From Caulobacteraceae bacterium (GTDB lineage Bacteria; Pseudomonadota; Alphaproteobacteria; Caulobacterales; Caulobacteraceae), in contig JAIYCQ010000037.1 in the NCBI GenBank assembly GCA_027487945.1, forward strand, positions 3,347-67,346: a DNA stretch of 64,000 nucleotides, written 5' to 3'. The first letter of the stretch is position 1; every line of letters begins with the position of its first letter. The notes beneath the pieces are model-generated. The model was not told where the DNA came from and searched no databases. It saw nothing but the letters and a program-made list of their open reading frames with translations. The position numbers and the translations under genes were made by a program. Shown here in pieces: positions 56,060-64,000 of this stretch.

Positions 56060-58312
56060 ATGAAGCGCGGGATTTTTTTTGCGGCGGTTTTTTCGGCTGG
56101 CTTTGCCACCCCGCTCGCCGCTCTCGGCCAGACGGTTTTCCCGGCGACAGATCCCAACGCCGCTGAATGGGCCCTGATCAAGCTGACACCCAATATCGTC
56201 GCCAGCGCAAAGGGCGGATCGGGCGTCATCGTCGGCCTCTATGACGGACGCGCCGATTGCCGGAACAAAGACCTTGCCGGCCGATGCAGCAATCTCCTGC
56301 TCAGCACCGGCGTCTACACGTCCTACGACAATCACGGCTCCCACACGGCAGGCACGATCGCCGGCGCCCGGTACGGCGCGGCCACCGGGGTCACGATGGT
56401 CAACTACGCGGTGTTCGACAGCAGAGGCTACGTCGCCAATGGCGCAGGCCTGACCACCGCCTGGCTCGACGCAGCCAGCCGCAAGGCCAGCATCGCCAGC
56501 ATGAGCTTCGGCTGCGCGCGAATGGCCCTGTGCTTCTCCGCGTCGGAAGTCAGGGCCATGGCCGGCTCCGCCCTTTCGGGGACACTGTTCGTCAAGGCCG
56601 CGGGCAACGACGGGGCGGTCCTTGGCAAGGAGATGATCCCTGTCACCGCTGCCGAGGCGAAGACGGCGCTCGGTCGGCTGCTGCTGGTCGGGAGCGTGAA
56701 CACCGCAGGGTCCATCTCGGCCTTCTCCAACCGGCCCGGCGAGGGCTGCCTTCTGCCCGGCGGCGCCACTGTCTGCGCGGAAGACATGAAGTGGAAATAC
56801 CGCTTCATCGTCGCGCCGGGCGAGATGATCTACGCGACCCTGCCCAACAACACCTACGGCTACATGTCCGGAACCAGCATGGCGACGCCGGTCGTGGCGG
56901 CGGCTGCGGCCTTGCTCGAGGCGCGGTGGCCCCAGCTCAAGGCCAAGCCGGCATCCGTGGCCAACATCCTGCTCAACTCCGCAACCGACCTCGGTGCGAA
57001 GGGTGTGGACCCCGTCTACGGACGTGGGTTGCTGAACGTCGAGCGGGCGTTCCAGAGCGCCGGGACCACCGCCATCGTCGCGCCCGGCGGCGAGAAGGTC
57101 ACCGTATCCGGCGCGTCGATGACGGTCTCCCCCGTGATGGGCAAGGCCTCTGCGTCACTGTCGGGCGTCACGGCGTTTGATTCCTACGGACGCGACTATG
57201 CCCTTGGCGAGGTCAGCACCTTCGGGGTTCGGGCGACCCCGCAGGATCCCGGCGCCAGCAGCGCCTCTGCGATCGACATGGGTGGGCAGGACGGCTGGAC
57301 GACGAGCTTCTTCTCCGGTCCTGCATCGCCAACGGCCTACGTCGGCTTCGGTCCGCGCGCAGCGCACGGGAGCGGGAGGATCGTGGCGGACCGCACCCTG
57401 CGAGCGGGCCTCGATGCGCGCCTGGGTGAGGCGGTGGTTGCATTCCGGCTGACCGGCGCCAGTGACACCCGCTCTGACTTCGCTTCGGATCCCGGCCTCA
57501 GCCCCCTGAGCTTCTTTGCCTCCTCGGATCTCCTCGGCCGCTCGGCGCTGACCGGTGTGAGTCTGCCCGTCCACAGCGATGGAAGGCTTGTCGTCTTCGC
57601 CGCCCGGTCCCTCGGCGGCAGTCCCGCGATCGGTGTGGAGCAAGGCGACCGGCTTGATGGGCGGCCGCAAGACAGGGACGTCAACCTGCGCGTTGAAATG
57701 GATCGCTCCCCCCTGCAGCAGTCCGCCGTGGGGGTGAGCTACTGGGCCCGCCCGGACAGCCGCACGGTCGTGGGCGTCAGCCTGTCGACCATGGTCCAGC
57801 GCCACGGCTTCTACGATCTCGCCTCCGACCTCTCGAGTTTCGACGCACCGGTTGTGCTCAACAGTCTGGGCCTGGCGGCCAGTCGAACGTTTGGCGTCTG
57901 GGAGGTCTATGGCGCGGCTGAAACCACCGCGATCTCGGCCGCTGAAAAGCGGGGACCGATCGGCTTTTCCGACAGCCTCCTAGTCTCCGGCGAGATCGGC
58001 GCCCGCGTTACCCGGTCCGGACTGGGCAAGGCCGATCTGCGCGACAGCCTCGCCCTGTCGCTGCGGGCCACCCCGCAGGCTGTCTCCGGGCGCCTGGATC
58101 TGGAATACCTCACCCCGACCGCTGATGGGCTGGATACCGAAGTTGTCCGTCGCCAGGTGGCGCTCTCGGACATCACGCGGCGTCCGGTCCGGATCGAGGC
58201 CAGCTACACCCTGGGCGATGGCGAGACCTGGTCTACGCGCCTTCGGGGCGGCGCAGACATTTCCGGCGGCAGCGACTACCGTCTGGTTGCGGAAGCCCGG
58301 GTGACCTTCTGA
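56060..58312 (+). CDS. S8 (subtilisin) family serine peptidase with a probable C-terminal outer-membrane beta-barrel (autotransporter-like)
   Basis: Signal peptide MKRGIFFAAVFSAGFATPLAALG. The catalytic triad contexts are VGLYDGRAD, DNHGSHTAGT and GTSMATPVVAAAAALL, and the amphipathic beta-strand-rich tail ends ...AEARVTF. The alternative ATG at 56051 is less well spaced from AGGGA. Confidence 0.82.
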   Translation: MKRGIFFAAVFSAGFATPLAALGQTVFPATDPNAAEWALIKLTPNIVASAKGGSGVIVGLYDGRADCRNKDLAGRCSNLLLSTGVYTSYDNHGSHTAGTIAGARYGAATGVTMVNYAVFDSRGYVANGAGLTTAWLDAASRKASIASMSFGCARMALCFSASEVRAMAGSALSGTLFVKAAGNDGAVLGKEMIPVTAAEAKTALGRLLLVGSVNTAGSISAFSNRPGEGCLLPGGATVCAEDMKWKYRFIVAPGEMIYATLPNNTYGYMSGTSMATPVVAAAAALLEARWPQLKAKPASVANILLNSATDLGAKGVDPVYGRGLLNVERAFQSAGTTAIVAPGGEKVTVSGASMTVSPVMGKASASLSGVTAFDSYGRDYALGEVSTFGVRATPQDPGASSASAIDMGGQDGWTTSFFSGPASPTAYVGFGPRAAHGSGRIVADRTLRAGLDARLGEAVVAFRLTGASDTRSDFASDPGLSPLSFFASSDLLGRSALTGVSLPVHSDGRLVVFAARSLGGSPAIGVEQGDRLDGRPQDRDVNLRVEMDRSPLQQSAVGVSYWARPDSRTVVGVSLSTMVQRHGFYDLASDLSSFDAPVVLNSLGLAASRTFGVWEVYGAAETTAISAAEKRGPIGFSDSLLVSGEIGARVTRSGLGKADLRDSLALSLRATPQAVSGRLDLEYLTPTADGLDTEVVRRQVALSDITRRPVRIEASYTLGDGETWSTRLRGGADISGGSDYRLVAEARVTF

Positions 58313-58348
58313 CCGGCTCGGGCTCCCGCCGCTGGCGGCAGGGTCCGG

Positions 58349-58783
58349 TCATGCCGGGCCGCGCCTCTGAAACGTGCGGCGGGTGTCGAGCAGGACCCAG
58401 CTGCGCATCAGCAGCTCCCCGACATCGTATGGCTTGAGCAGGACATCCTTGGCCCCCAGCGCCAGCGCGCGCAGCCGCGAGGCGACGTTGGCGTCAGCGG
58501 TCAGGACCAGGATGGGCAGGTAGTCGTCGGGGGAGGTCAGCCGCCGGAAGCTTTCAAGCAGCTCGTAGCCATCGATGCCCGGCATCATCAGGTCGAGCAG
58601 CACCAGGTCGGGCGGCTCCGCCGCGAACGCGTCCAGGGCCGCGTTCGCATCCAGAAAGGTCCTCACCGCCCGAAAGCCTTCGCGCTGGAACGCCTTCTCG
58701 ACGAGGCTAAGGTTCGCGGGCTCGTCGTCGACCGCAAGGATGCAGGCGTCGTGCAGCAGGGGGTCGTCAGGCAGCATCTTCAT
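58349..58783 (-). CDS. Stand-alone receiver (REC) response regulator
   Basis: 144-aa ORF with ILAVDDEPANL...DLVLLDLMMPGIDG...LLKP and no output domain. It is ATGA-coupled to the upstream kinase. Confidence 0.88.
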   Translation of the reverse strand: MKMLPDDPLLHDACILAVDDEPANLSLVEKAFQREGFRAVRTFLDANAALDAFAAEPPDLVLLDLMMPGIDGYELLESFRRLTSPDDYLPILVLTADANVASRLRALALGAKDVLLKPYDVGELLMRSWVLLDTRRTFQRRGPA

Positions 58784-60744
58784 TGTGATCTCGCGTCAGC
58801 CTGATGCGCCGGATCGGCCTCCGGACCCGAAAGGGGCAGGATGAGGGTGAAGATCGAGCCCGGTCCGTCCAGGTTGGGCCTGTGGAGGACGTCGCCGTTC
58901 ATCGCCAGGGCCAGGCCCCGCGACAGGGCCAGACCCAGGCCCGAGCCCTCCATACCACTCCAGCGATCCGCGCCGAGCCGGTCGAAGGGGGTGAACAGCC
59001 GGTGTGCGACATCGGCGGCGATCCCCGGCCCCTCATCGCGGACATCGACGCGCAGCCGGTCCTCCGCCGCCACCATCGAAACCTCGGTGACCCCGCCCGG
59101 CCGATTGTACTTCACGGCGTTGGACAGCAGATTCAGCAGGATCTGCAACGCCGCGCGCCGATCGGCCAGGACCTCGCCGGTCGCCAGCGGTCCGGTGCGC
59201 AGCGTGATGCCGACCGACTGGGCCTGGGGCTCGGTCAGGGCCACCGCTTCACGGACAACAGCCTCAAGCTCGACCGGCAGGATCGTCAGGGCCTGGCCGC
59301 CGGCCTCGATACGGGCAATGTCCAGCACCTCGTCGATCATGCCGAGCAGGTGTCGGCCGGCCCGGCTGATCTGGTCGACGGCATGGCGCTGATCCGCGGC
59401 GAGCGTCTCCCGGTCCATGTCCAGCAACTGGCCGAAGCCGAGGATGGCGGTCAGGGGTGTCCGCAGCTCGTGGCTCATGCGCGACAGGAACTCGCTCTTG
59501 GCCAGGCTGGCCCGCTCGGCCTCGGCGCGGGCGGCCTTCAGCGCGTCCTCCGCCCGGCGGCGGTCGGTGATGTCTCTTGTGACCTTGGAGAAGCCGCGTA
59601 GCGCTCCGTCCTCGTCGCGCACAGCGGTGATCACCACGTTGGCCCAGAACTGGCTACCATCCTGGCGGACACGCCAGCCCTCGTCCTCGACCCGGCCGTC
59701 GCGCTTGGCGATCTGCAGCAGGTGCTTCGGCGTCCCGCTCCGCAACTCGCGCGGATAGAAAACCGAGAAGTGCTGCCCGAGGATGTCCTCGGCCGTCCAG
59801 CCCTTGATCCGCTGGGCGCCTTCGTTCCAGCTCGTCACCCGTCCCTCCGGATCAAGGGCGAAGATGCCGTAGTCACGGACGCCCTCGATAACGCGGCGAT
59901 AGCGCTCCTCCCCCTCCCGCAGGGCCTGCTCGCGAGTGCGCAGCAGGGTGCTGGCCTCGACGAGGCGGCGCGCCAGCCGGCCGATCTCGTCCCGGGCCTC
60001 ATCGGCCGTGCTGAGCGGCAATCCGCGCTCGAGGCGCTCGGCGTCCCGCTCAAGCGATCGCACCCGGCGGACGATCCCCGAGAACAGGAGCTGGACGGCG
60101 GCGAGGCTGCCGAGGAGGCCGACGAGGGCCATCGCCGCCGTCACCGCCAGAAATCGCCGACGCTCGGCGTCCGCCCTGGCGCGGCGGGCGTCCAGAAGCT
60201 GCGCCTCGCGCCGCTGCATCGCGTCGATCTCGGCCCGCAGACCGTCGAGCACGGCCTTGTTGGCCACGAGCGCCTCGGCGATGTCGCGCGCGGCCACGCC
60301 ATCGGGGCTTCCCGCGCCCGGCATGGCGGCGAGCTGGGCGAGGCCCTGGCGCTTCTTGATCACCAGCCTGTCGACCCGCGCCAGCCGGTCGCGGACTTCC
60401 TCGTCGCGCACCGCGCCCTTGATGCGGTCGAGTGTCGCCGGAAGGAGGGCCTCGGCCTTCCGATAGGGGGCAAGGAACTCGTCCCGCCCGGTGAGCCGGT
60501 AGCCCCTGACGCCGCTCGCCGCCTCGGCCAGCAGGGCGTGAACCTCATGGATGTCGCGCTGGATCGCGAAGGTCCGGCGGACCGCCTCCTCGGCCTCCAC
60601 CTCGGCCTGGCTGGACAGGTGCAACGCCGCCACGCCCGTCAGCAGGATGACCAGCGGCATGGCGACGACGACAAGGCCCTTCGCCGCCAGGCCCGTATCG
60701 GCCCATCGCGTCGCCAGACTCCGCCAAGGACCCGGCCGCTTCAT
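58780..60744 (-). CDS. Sensor histidine kinase: CHASE3-like periplasmic domain, TM, PAS, HisKA, HATPase_c
   Basis: Two TM segments flank a coiled sensor region of about 160 aa (...VRGYRLTG...), followed by a PAS segment (GIFALDPEGRVTSWNEGAQRIKGW) and H-box MSHELRTPL. Confidence 0.82.
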   Translation of the reverse strand: MKRPGPWRSLATRWADTGLAAKGLVVVAMPLVILLTGVAALHLSSQAEVEAEEAVRRTFAIQRDIHEVHALLAEAASGVRGYRLTGRDEFLAPYRKAEALLPATLDRIKGAVRDEEVRDRLARVDRLVIKKRQGLAQLAAMPGAGSPDGVAARDIAEALVANKAVLDGLRAEIDAMQRREAQLLDARRARADAERRRFLAVTAAMALVGLLGSLAAVQLLFSGIVRRVRSLERDAERLERGLPLSTADEARDEIGRLARRLVEASTLLRTREQALREGEERYRRVIEGVRDYGIFALDPEGRVTSWNEGAQRIKGWTAEDILGQHFSVFYPRELRSGTPKHLLQIAKRDGRVEDEGWRVRQDGSQFWANVVITAVRDEDGALRGFSKVTRDITDRRRAEDALKAARAEAERASLAKSEFLSRMSHELRTPLTAILGFGQLLDMDRETLAADQRHAVDQISRAGRHLLGMIDEVLDIARIEAGGQALTILPVELEAVVREAVALTEPQAQSVGITLRTGPLATGEVLADRRAALQILLNLLSNAVKYNRPGGVTEVSMVAAEDRLRVDVRDEGPGIAADVAHRLFTPFDRLGADRWSGMEGSGLGLALSRGLALAMNGDVLHRPNLDGPGSIFTLILPLSGPEADPAHQADARSQ

Positions 60745-61367
60745 CGGCTCGACCTTGCAGCGAGGACGGCGGCCTGTGTCCGGTCGACGACCCCCAGCTT
60801 GGCGATGACCTTTTCGACATGCGCCTTGACCGTGCCCGGGCCGATACCGAGCTCGCGCGCGATGGCCTTGTTGGTGAGGCCGAGCGCGATCCGGTCGAGC
60901 ACCTCACGCTCGCGAGGCGTGAGGCGTGCGAGATCGTCTTCGCGCGTGTCGACCCGGGTCTCGAGCGCCTTGCGCAGCAGCACGGCCGGCATAGCGGTAC
61001 GTCCGGCGCATACGCTGCGGATGGCGTCGAGCAGGTCGATCCGTGCGGCGTCCTTCATCACGAACCCGGTGGCGCCGGCCGCCAGGGCGCTGCGGACATA
61101 CTCCGGAGAGTCGTGCAGGGTCAGGATGAGCACCCGGGCATGTCCCTTCCCGACGATCACCTCGGCCGCCTCGAGACCGTTCATGCCGGCGCCGAAGCGA
61201 ACGTCGAGAACGGCGAGATCAATGTCACCCTCGGCGGCCCGGGCGATGGCGGCCTCCGCCGTCGACACCTCGGCGACCACCTCGAGATCCGGTTCGCGCT
61301 CGATCACCGCCCTGAGGCCAGCCCGGGTCAGCTCATGATCGTCGGCGATCAGCACCCGCGCAGTCAT
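60741..61367 (-). CDS. NarL/FixJ (LuxR-type HTH) response regulator
   Basis: REC domain (VLIADDHELTRAG...DLAVLDVRF) plus a LuxR HTH (LTPREREVLDRIALGLTNKAIARELGIGPGTVKAHV). Confidence 0.9.
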   Translation of the reverse strand: MTARVLIADDHELTRAGLRAVIEREPDLEVVAEVSTAEAAIARAAEGDIDLAVLDVRFGAGMNGLEAAEVIVGKGHARVLILTLHDSPEYVRSALAAGATGFVMKDAARIDLLDAIRSVCAGRTAMPAVLLRKALETRVDTREDDLARLTPREREVLDRIALGLTNKAIARELGIGPGTVKAHVEKVIAKLGVVDRTQAAVLAARSSR

Positions 61368-62458
61368 GGCCGGGTCACGGGGACAACGGCCCGGATCCGG
61401 AATCCGTCGCCCCTCGCCCCGGCTTCCAGCCGCCCGGCGACCGCCGCCAGCCGCTCACGCATGATCTCAAGCCCGAACCGGGGTCCGGTCGTCGGCGTGC
61501 CGTCTCGCCTGTCGCCGCCGGCGCTGTCCAGCGTCAGGATCATGACGCCCGCCGCCTCGTCGACGACCAGGTCCAGATCGACCGCCGAGCCCGCCGCATG
61601 CCTGGCCGCGTTGTTGAGACCTTCCTGGCCGACCCGGAAGATCAGGGTCTCGAGCCAGTCGGGCAGGCGTTGCATATTCGGGGCGCGAATGGTGACCGAG
61701 TGGCCTGCGGCCTCCAGCCGTCGCGCGTCCTCGCGCAGGGCGGCGACAACCCCGAGGTCGTCCAGCGCCGTCGGCCTCAATCCCGCGATCAGTCGGCGCA
61801 GATCGCTGACCGTCAGCCGGGCGATGTCGATCAGCGCGCCGACCTCGGTCGACAGGCCCGCCGGCCCGTCTGTCGGTACATCCAGCTGAAGAAGCTCGAG
61901 ACGGCGATGGAGGGCGGCGATCTGCTGGGCGACGCCGTCGTGCAGGTCTGCGGAGATCGCGCGCCGCTCGAGCTCCTGACCGCGCACCACCTCCGACAGG
62001 ACTTCCTCGAGCTGTCTTTCGCGGTGGGCGAGGCGCTCGAGCAGCGCGCCCCGGTTCCGCTGTTCCAGCGCAATGATCAGCCGCGCCTCGATCATCTCGA
62101 TCAGAAGGCGAAGCGCCTCGGCGTCTTCCTCGGAGTCGAGGGCCGCGGGGTTGAGGCGGGCGCTGAACTCGAGGCGGCGGCCTGCCTCCCCGCGGGCCGA
62201 CAGGCCCTCCAGGGGGATGAGCATCGCGTCCGGCGACGCGGCGTCCTCCTCCCGGCGGAGGGCGCCCTCGGCGAACCCCGCGAACAGGGCCGCCCGATGC
62301 GCCGCCCGGCTCAGGGCCGCGTCCAGCCCGGCCTCACCGGCGGCGGCGAGGTCGCGGCTGACCTGGATCAACAGGCGTAGCCGGGCCGCCCGGGCTTCAG
62401 AAGCCCTGTAGACTGACCGCAGATCGGTCGTCAGCGCGTCGGCGGAAGGGAGCACCAA
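61364..62458 (-). CDS. Soluble sensor histidine kinase, HisKA_3 (NarX/DesK-type) with a GAF-like N-domain
   Basis: H-box ISADLHDGVAQQI and an HATPase region (FRVGQEGLNNAARHA...GLEIMRERL). No hydrophobic TM stretch is visible. The TTG start is uncertain. Confidence 0.78.
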   Translation of the reverse strand: MVLPSADALTTDLRSVYRASEARAARLRLLIQVSRDLAAAGEAGLDAALSRAAHRAALFAGFAEGALRREEDAASPDAMLIPLEGLSARGEAGRRLEFSARLNPAALDSEEDAEALRLLIEMIEARLIIALEQRNRGALLERLAHRERQLEEVLSEVVRGQELERRAISADLHDGVAQQIAALHRRLELLQLDVPTDGPAGLSTEVGALIDIARLTVSDLRRLIAGLRPTALDDLGVVAALREDARRLEAAGHSVTIRAPNMQRLPDWLETLIFRVGQEGLNNAARHAAGSAVDLDLVVDEAAGVMILTLDSAGGDRRDGTPTTGPRFGLEIMRERLAAVAGRLEAGARGDGFRIRAVVPVTRP

Positions 62459-62627
62459 ATGTCTCTGCGTGGCTGGAGCCCGCTTGCTCTAACCGACGCT
62501 GACGGCGGTGTCATATGCCGAACGGCATAGGCCATGGGCCCCGCCGACCTGCCGATGCGAACGGTCGGGCGCCGGGGCATCTCCACCGTCGCCGCATCGA
62601 AGCGGCTGACATGACAGGGACCAACCC

Positions 62628-63113
62628 ATGCGCAGTGCACTCTCCATCGCGGTCGCCGCCGGCCTCACGCTGGCCGTGCCGGCGGTCGCCAGCGCCTCCG
62701 CCACGGCCGCAACCTGCCCGACGGCGACCATCGCCGACGTCGAGGCCCAGTTCGCCCGATTCAACGGGGCCTGGCAGACCGGCAATCCCGATGCCGTCAC
62801 GGCGCTCTTCACCCGGCAACCGGTGTTGCTGGCCACGGTCTCGAACACCCCGCGCACCGACACCGCCAGCGTGCGCGACTATTTCGTCTCGTTCCTGAAG
62901 GGCAAGCCGGTCGGCCGTATCGAAACCAGCACGATCGAGATCGACTGCCAGACCGCGACCCGGGTCGGCACCTGGACAGTCACCCTGACCGACGCCAGGA
63001 CCGGCGCCGTCACCGACGTGCGGGCGCGCTACTCGTTCATCTACCGGTTTGAAGACGGCGACTGGAAGATCGACCATCTCCACTCCTCGATGATGCCCGA
63101 AGTCGGCCGCTGA
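62628..63113 (+). CDS. Exported NTF2-like (SgcJ/EcaC / DUF4440) protein
   Basis: Signal peptide MRSALSIAVAAGLTLAVPAVASA, then the FNGAWQTGNPDAVTALF...YSFIYRFEDGDWKIDHLHSS pattern of SnoaL/DUF4440 folds. Confidence 0.65.
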   Translation: MRSALSIAVAAGLTLAVPAVASASATAATCPTATIADVEAQFARFNGAWQTGNPDAVTALFTRQPVLLATVSNTPRTDTASVRDYFVSFLKGKPVGRIETSTIEIDCQTATRVGTWTVTLTDARTGAVTDVRARYSFIYRFEDGDWKIDHLHSSMMPEVGR

Positions 63114-63120
63114 TCCACCG

Positions 63121-63165
63121 GCCCTGCGGGCAGGACGCGGCATTGTCCCGCTCTGCCCGCAGGGC
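63121..63165 (+). terminator. Long-stem hairpin after the NTF2-like gene
   Basis: GCCCTGCGGGCAG / CTGCCCGCAGGGC forms a 13-bp stem with a 19-nt loop that is partly self-pairing. There is no U-tract. Confidence 0.4.
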
Positions 63166-63243
63166 CGCCCCGGGCCCCGGCGCTGCGGGAACAGACGCAA
63201 GCGGTCCCCGTCGTGGGGGCCTTGCGGACGATGTGGGAAGAGA

Positions 63244-63320
63244 TGGCGCGCCCGGAACGATTCGAACGTCCGACCCTCAGATTCGTAGTCTGATGCTCTA
63301 TCCAGCTGAGCTACGGGCGC
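63244..63320 (-). tRNA. tRNA-Arg (anticodon ACG), CCA encoded
   Basis: The minus strand reads GCGCCCGTAGCTCAGCTGGATAGAGCATCAGACTACGAATCTGAGGGTCGGACGTTCGAATCGTTCCGGGCGCGCCA. It folds by hand into a cloverleaf: acceptor GCGCCCG/CGGGCGC, anticodon stem TCAGA/TCTGA and T-loop TTCGAAT. Confidence 0.95.
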
Positions 63321-63402
63321 GAGGGTTGTGGCCCTTAAGGGAGATGGGCGGGCTTGGCAACAGCTTGCTTGCGCTTGTATTGCAGGGCTAGAGCCTTGGG
63401 CG

Positions 63403-63939
63403 ATGCGCCGCCCTGCCCTTTTGCTGCTCGTTGCCCTGGCTGCAACGCTGCCGGCCTGCTCGCGCGACAGCACCAAATGGCCGAGCCTGGCGCCGCGCCC
63501 CGGCGAGATCGCGCCGCTGGTGCCCAGAACGCCGCTCGGCGCCTGCGCCGGCTGCGGCGCCGATGTCACCGCCGCGGCCGCCGCCGCCGAACCGCCGCCC
63601 CCGGCGCCGCAACCGGTGCCGGCCGATGTCTCGACCCGGCTCGATGCCGTCGCCAAGGTGCTCGCCACCATCTCGGCCGACTATCCGGCGCAGCTCGCGA
63701 TCACCCAAAAGGCGGTCGCGGCCGGCAAGGCCGGTGGTGATGCCGAAATCGAAGCCGAACTGCAGCGCAGCCGGCTGGAATCGATCTTCCTGCCGCTGTC
63801 GGCGCAGGGCCAGGCGCTCGATGGCGTCTCCGATGATTTGATCGGCAAGGCCGGCGCCGAGCCCTATGTGGCGCGCGTGACGGCGCTGCGGGGCGAGATC
63901 GCCCGGCTGGCAGCGGTGCGGGACGCGGCAGGGTTGTAA
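63403..63939 (+). CDS. Hypothetical lipoprotein
   Basis: Leader with lipobox MRRPALLLLVALAATLPAC, then a Pro/Ala-rich spacer and a helical C-terminal half. I did not recognise a family. Confidence 0.6.
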   Translation: MRRPALLLLVALAATLPACSRDSTKWPSLAPRPGEIAPLVPRTPLGACAGCGADVTAAAAAAEPPPPAPQPVPADVSTRLDAVAKVLATISADYPAQLAITQKAVAAGKAGGDAEIEAELQRSRLESIFLPLSAQGQALDGVSDDLIGKAGAEPYVARVTALRGEIARLAAVRDAAGL

Positions 63940-63952
63940 GAGCCTCTGGCGG

Positions 63953-63985
63953 GCAGGGCCTGAGGCCCTGCACCCCATTTTTATT
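63953..63985 (+). terminator. Rho-independent terminator after the lipoprotein gene
   Basis: Stem GCAGGGCC-TGA-GGCCCTGC followed by ACCCCATTTTTATT. Confidence 0.7.
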
Positions 63986-64000
63986 CTATCGTCATGCCGA

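Overview
This is a high-GC chromosomal window, very likely from an alphaproteobacterium of Caulobacterales type. That assignment is inferred from gene content: plant-type GshA, a DUF4170 gene, a CtpA-like phosphatase next to msbA/kdtA/lpxK, and GANTC-bearing leaders. The window is densely packed with about 55 protein genes and one tRNA-Arg(ACG), and most genes are housekeeping. These include tldD and pmbA, gshA, rsmE, ppk2, ubiA and ubiD, ggt, purD, phoR-phoU-phoB, the lipid A/Kdo genes msbA-kdtA-lpxK, two TonB-dependent receptors, a POT peptide transporter, an MCP, ABC transporters and an OprO/P-type porin. Reading by eye, I found no CRISPR array, transposase, integrase, phage gene or recognisable defence system, so I cannot point to a clear-cut novel system. 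Five loci deserve a second look. (1) A four-gene, ATGA-coupled double two-component operon at 58.3-62.5 kb lies convergent with an S8 subtilase carrying a probable C-terminal beta-barrel, an AT-rich upstream tract and T8/T6 homopolymer runs in its signal-peptide codons. (2) A 1113-aa autotransporter with thrombospondin-type-3-like Ca-binding repeats sits between phoR and a phosphate-type porin. (3) A CtpA-like CX5R phosphatase is divergent from a tightly packed msbA-DUF374-CDF-kdtA-lpxK unit, in which a His-rich metal exporter is embedded in the lipid A operon. (4) A 28-codon hydrophobic ORF with a GGAGG Shine-Dalgarno sequence is absent from the ORF track. (5) Nested palindromic REP/MITE-like elements show compensatory stem substitutions. 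Several start codons were moved inward from the six-frame ORF maxima on the basis of signal peptides, RBS placement and neighbour overlap. All functional calls rest on motif and family recognition by eye, not on database searches.
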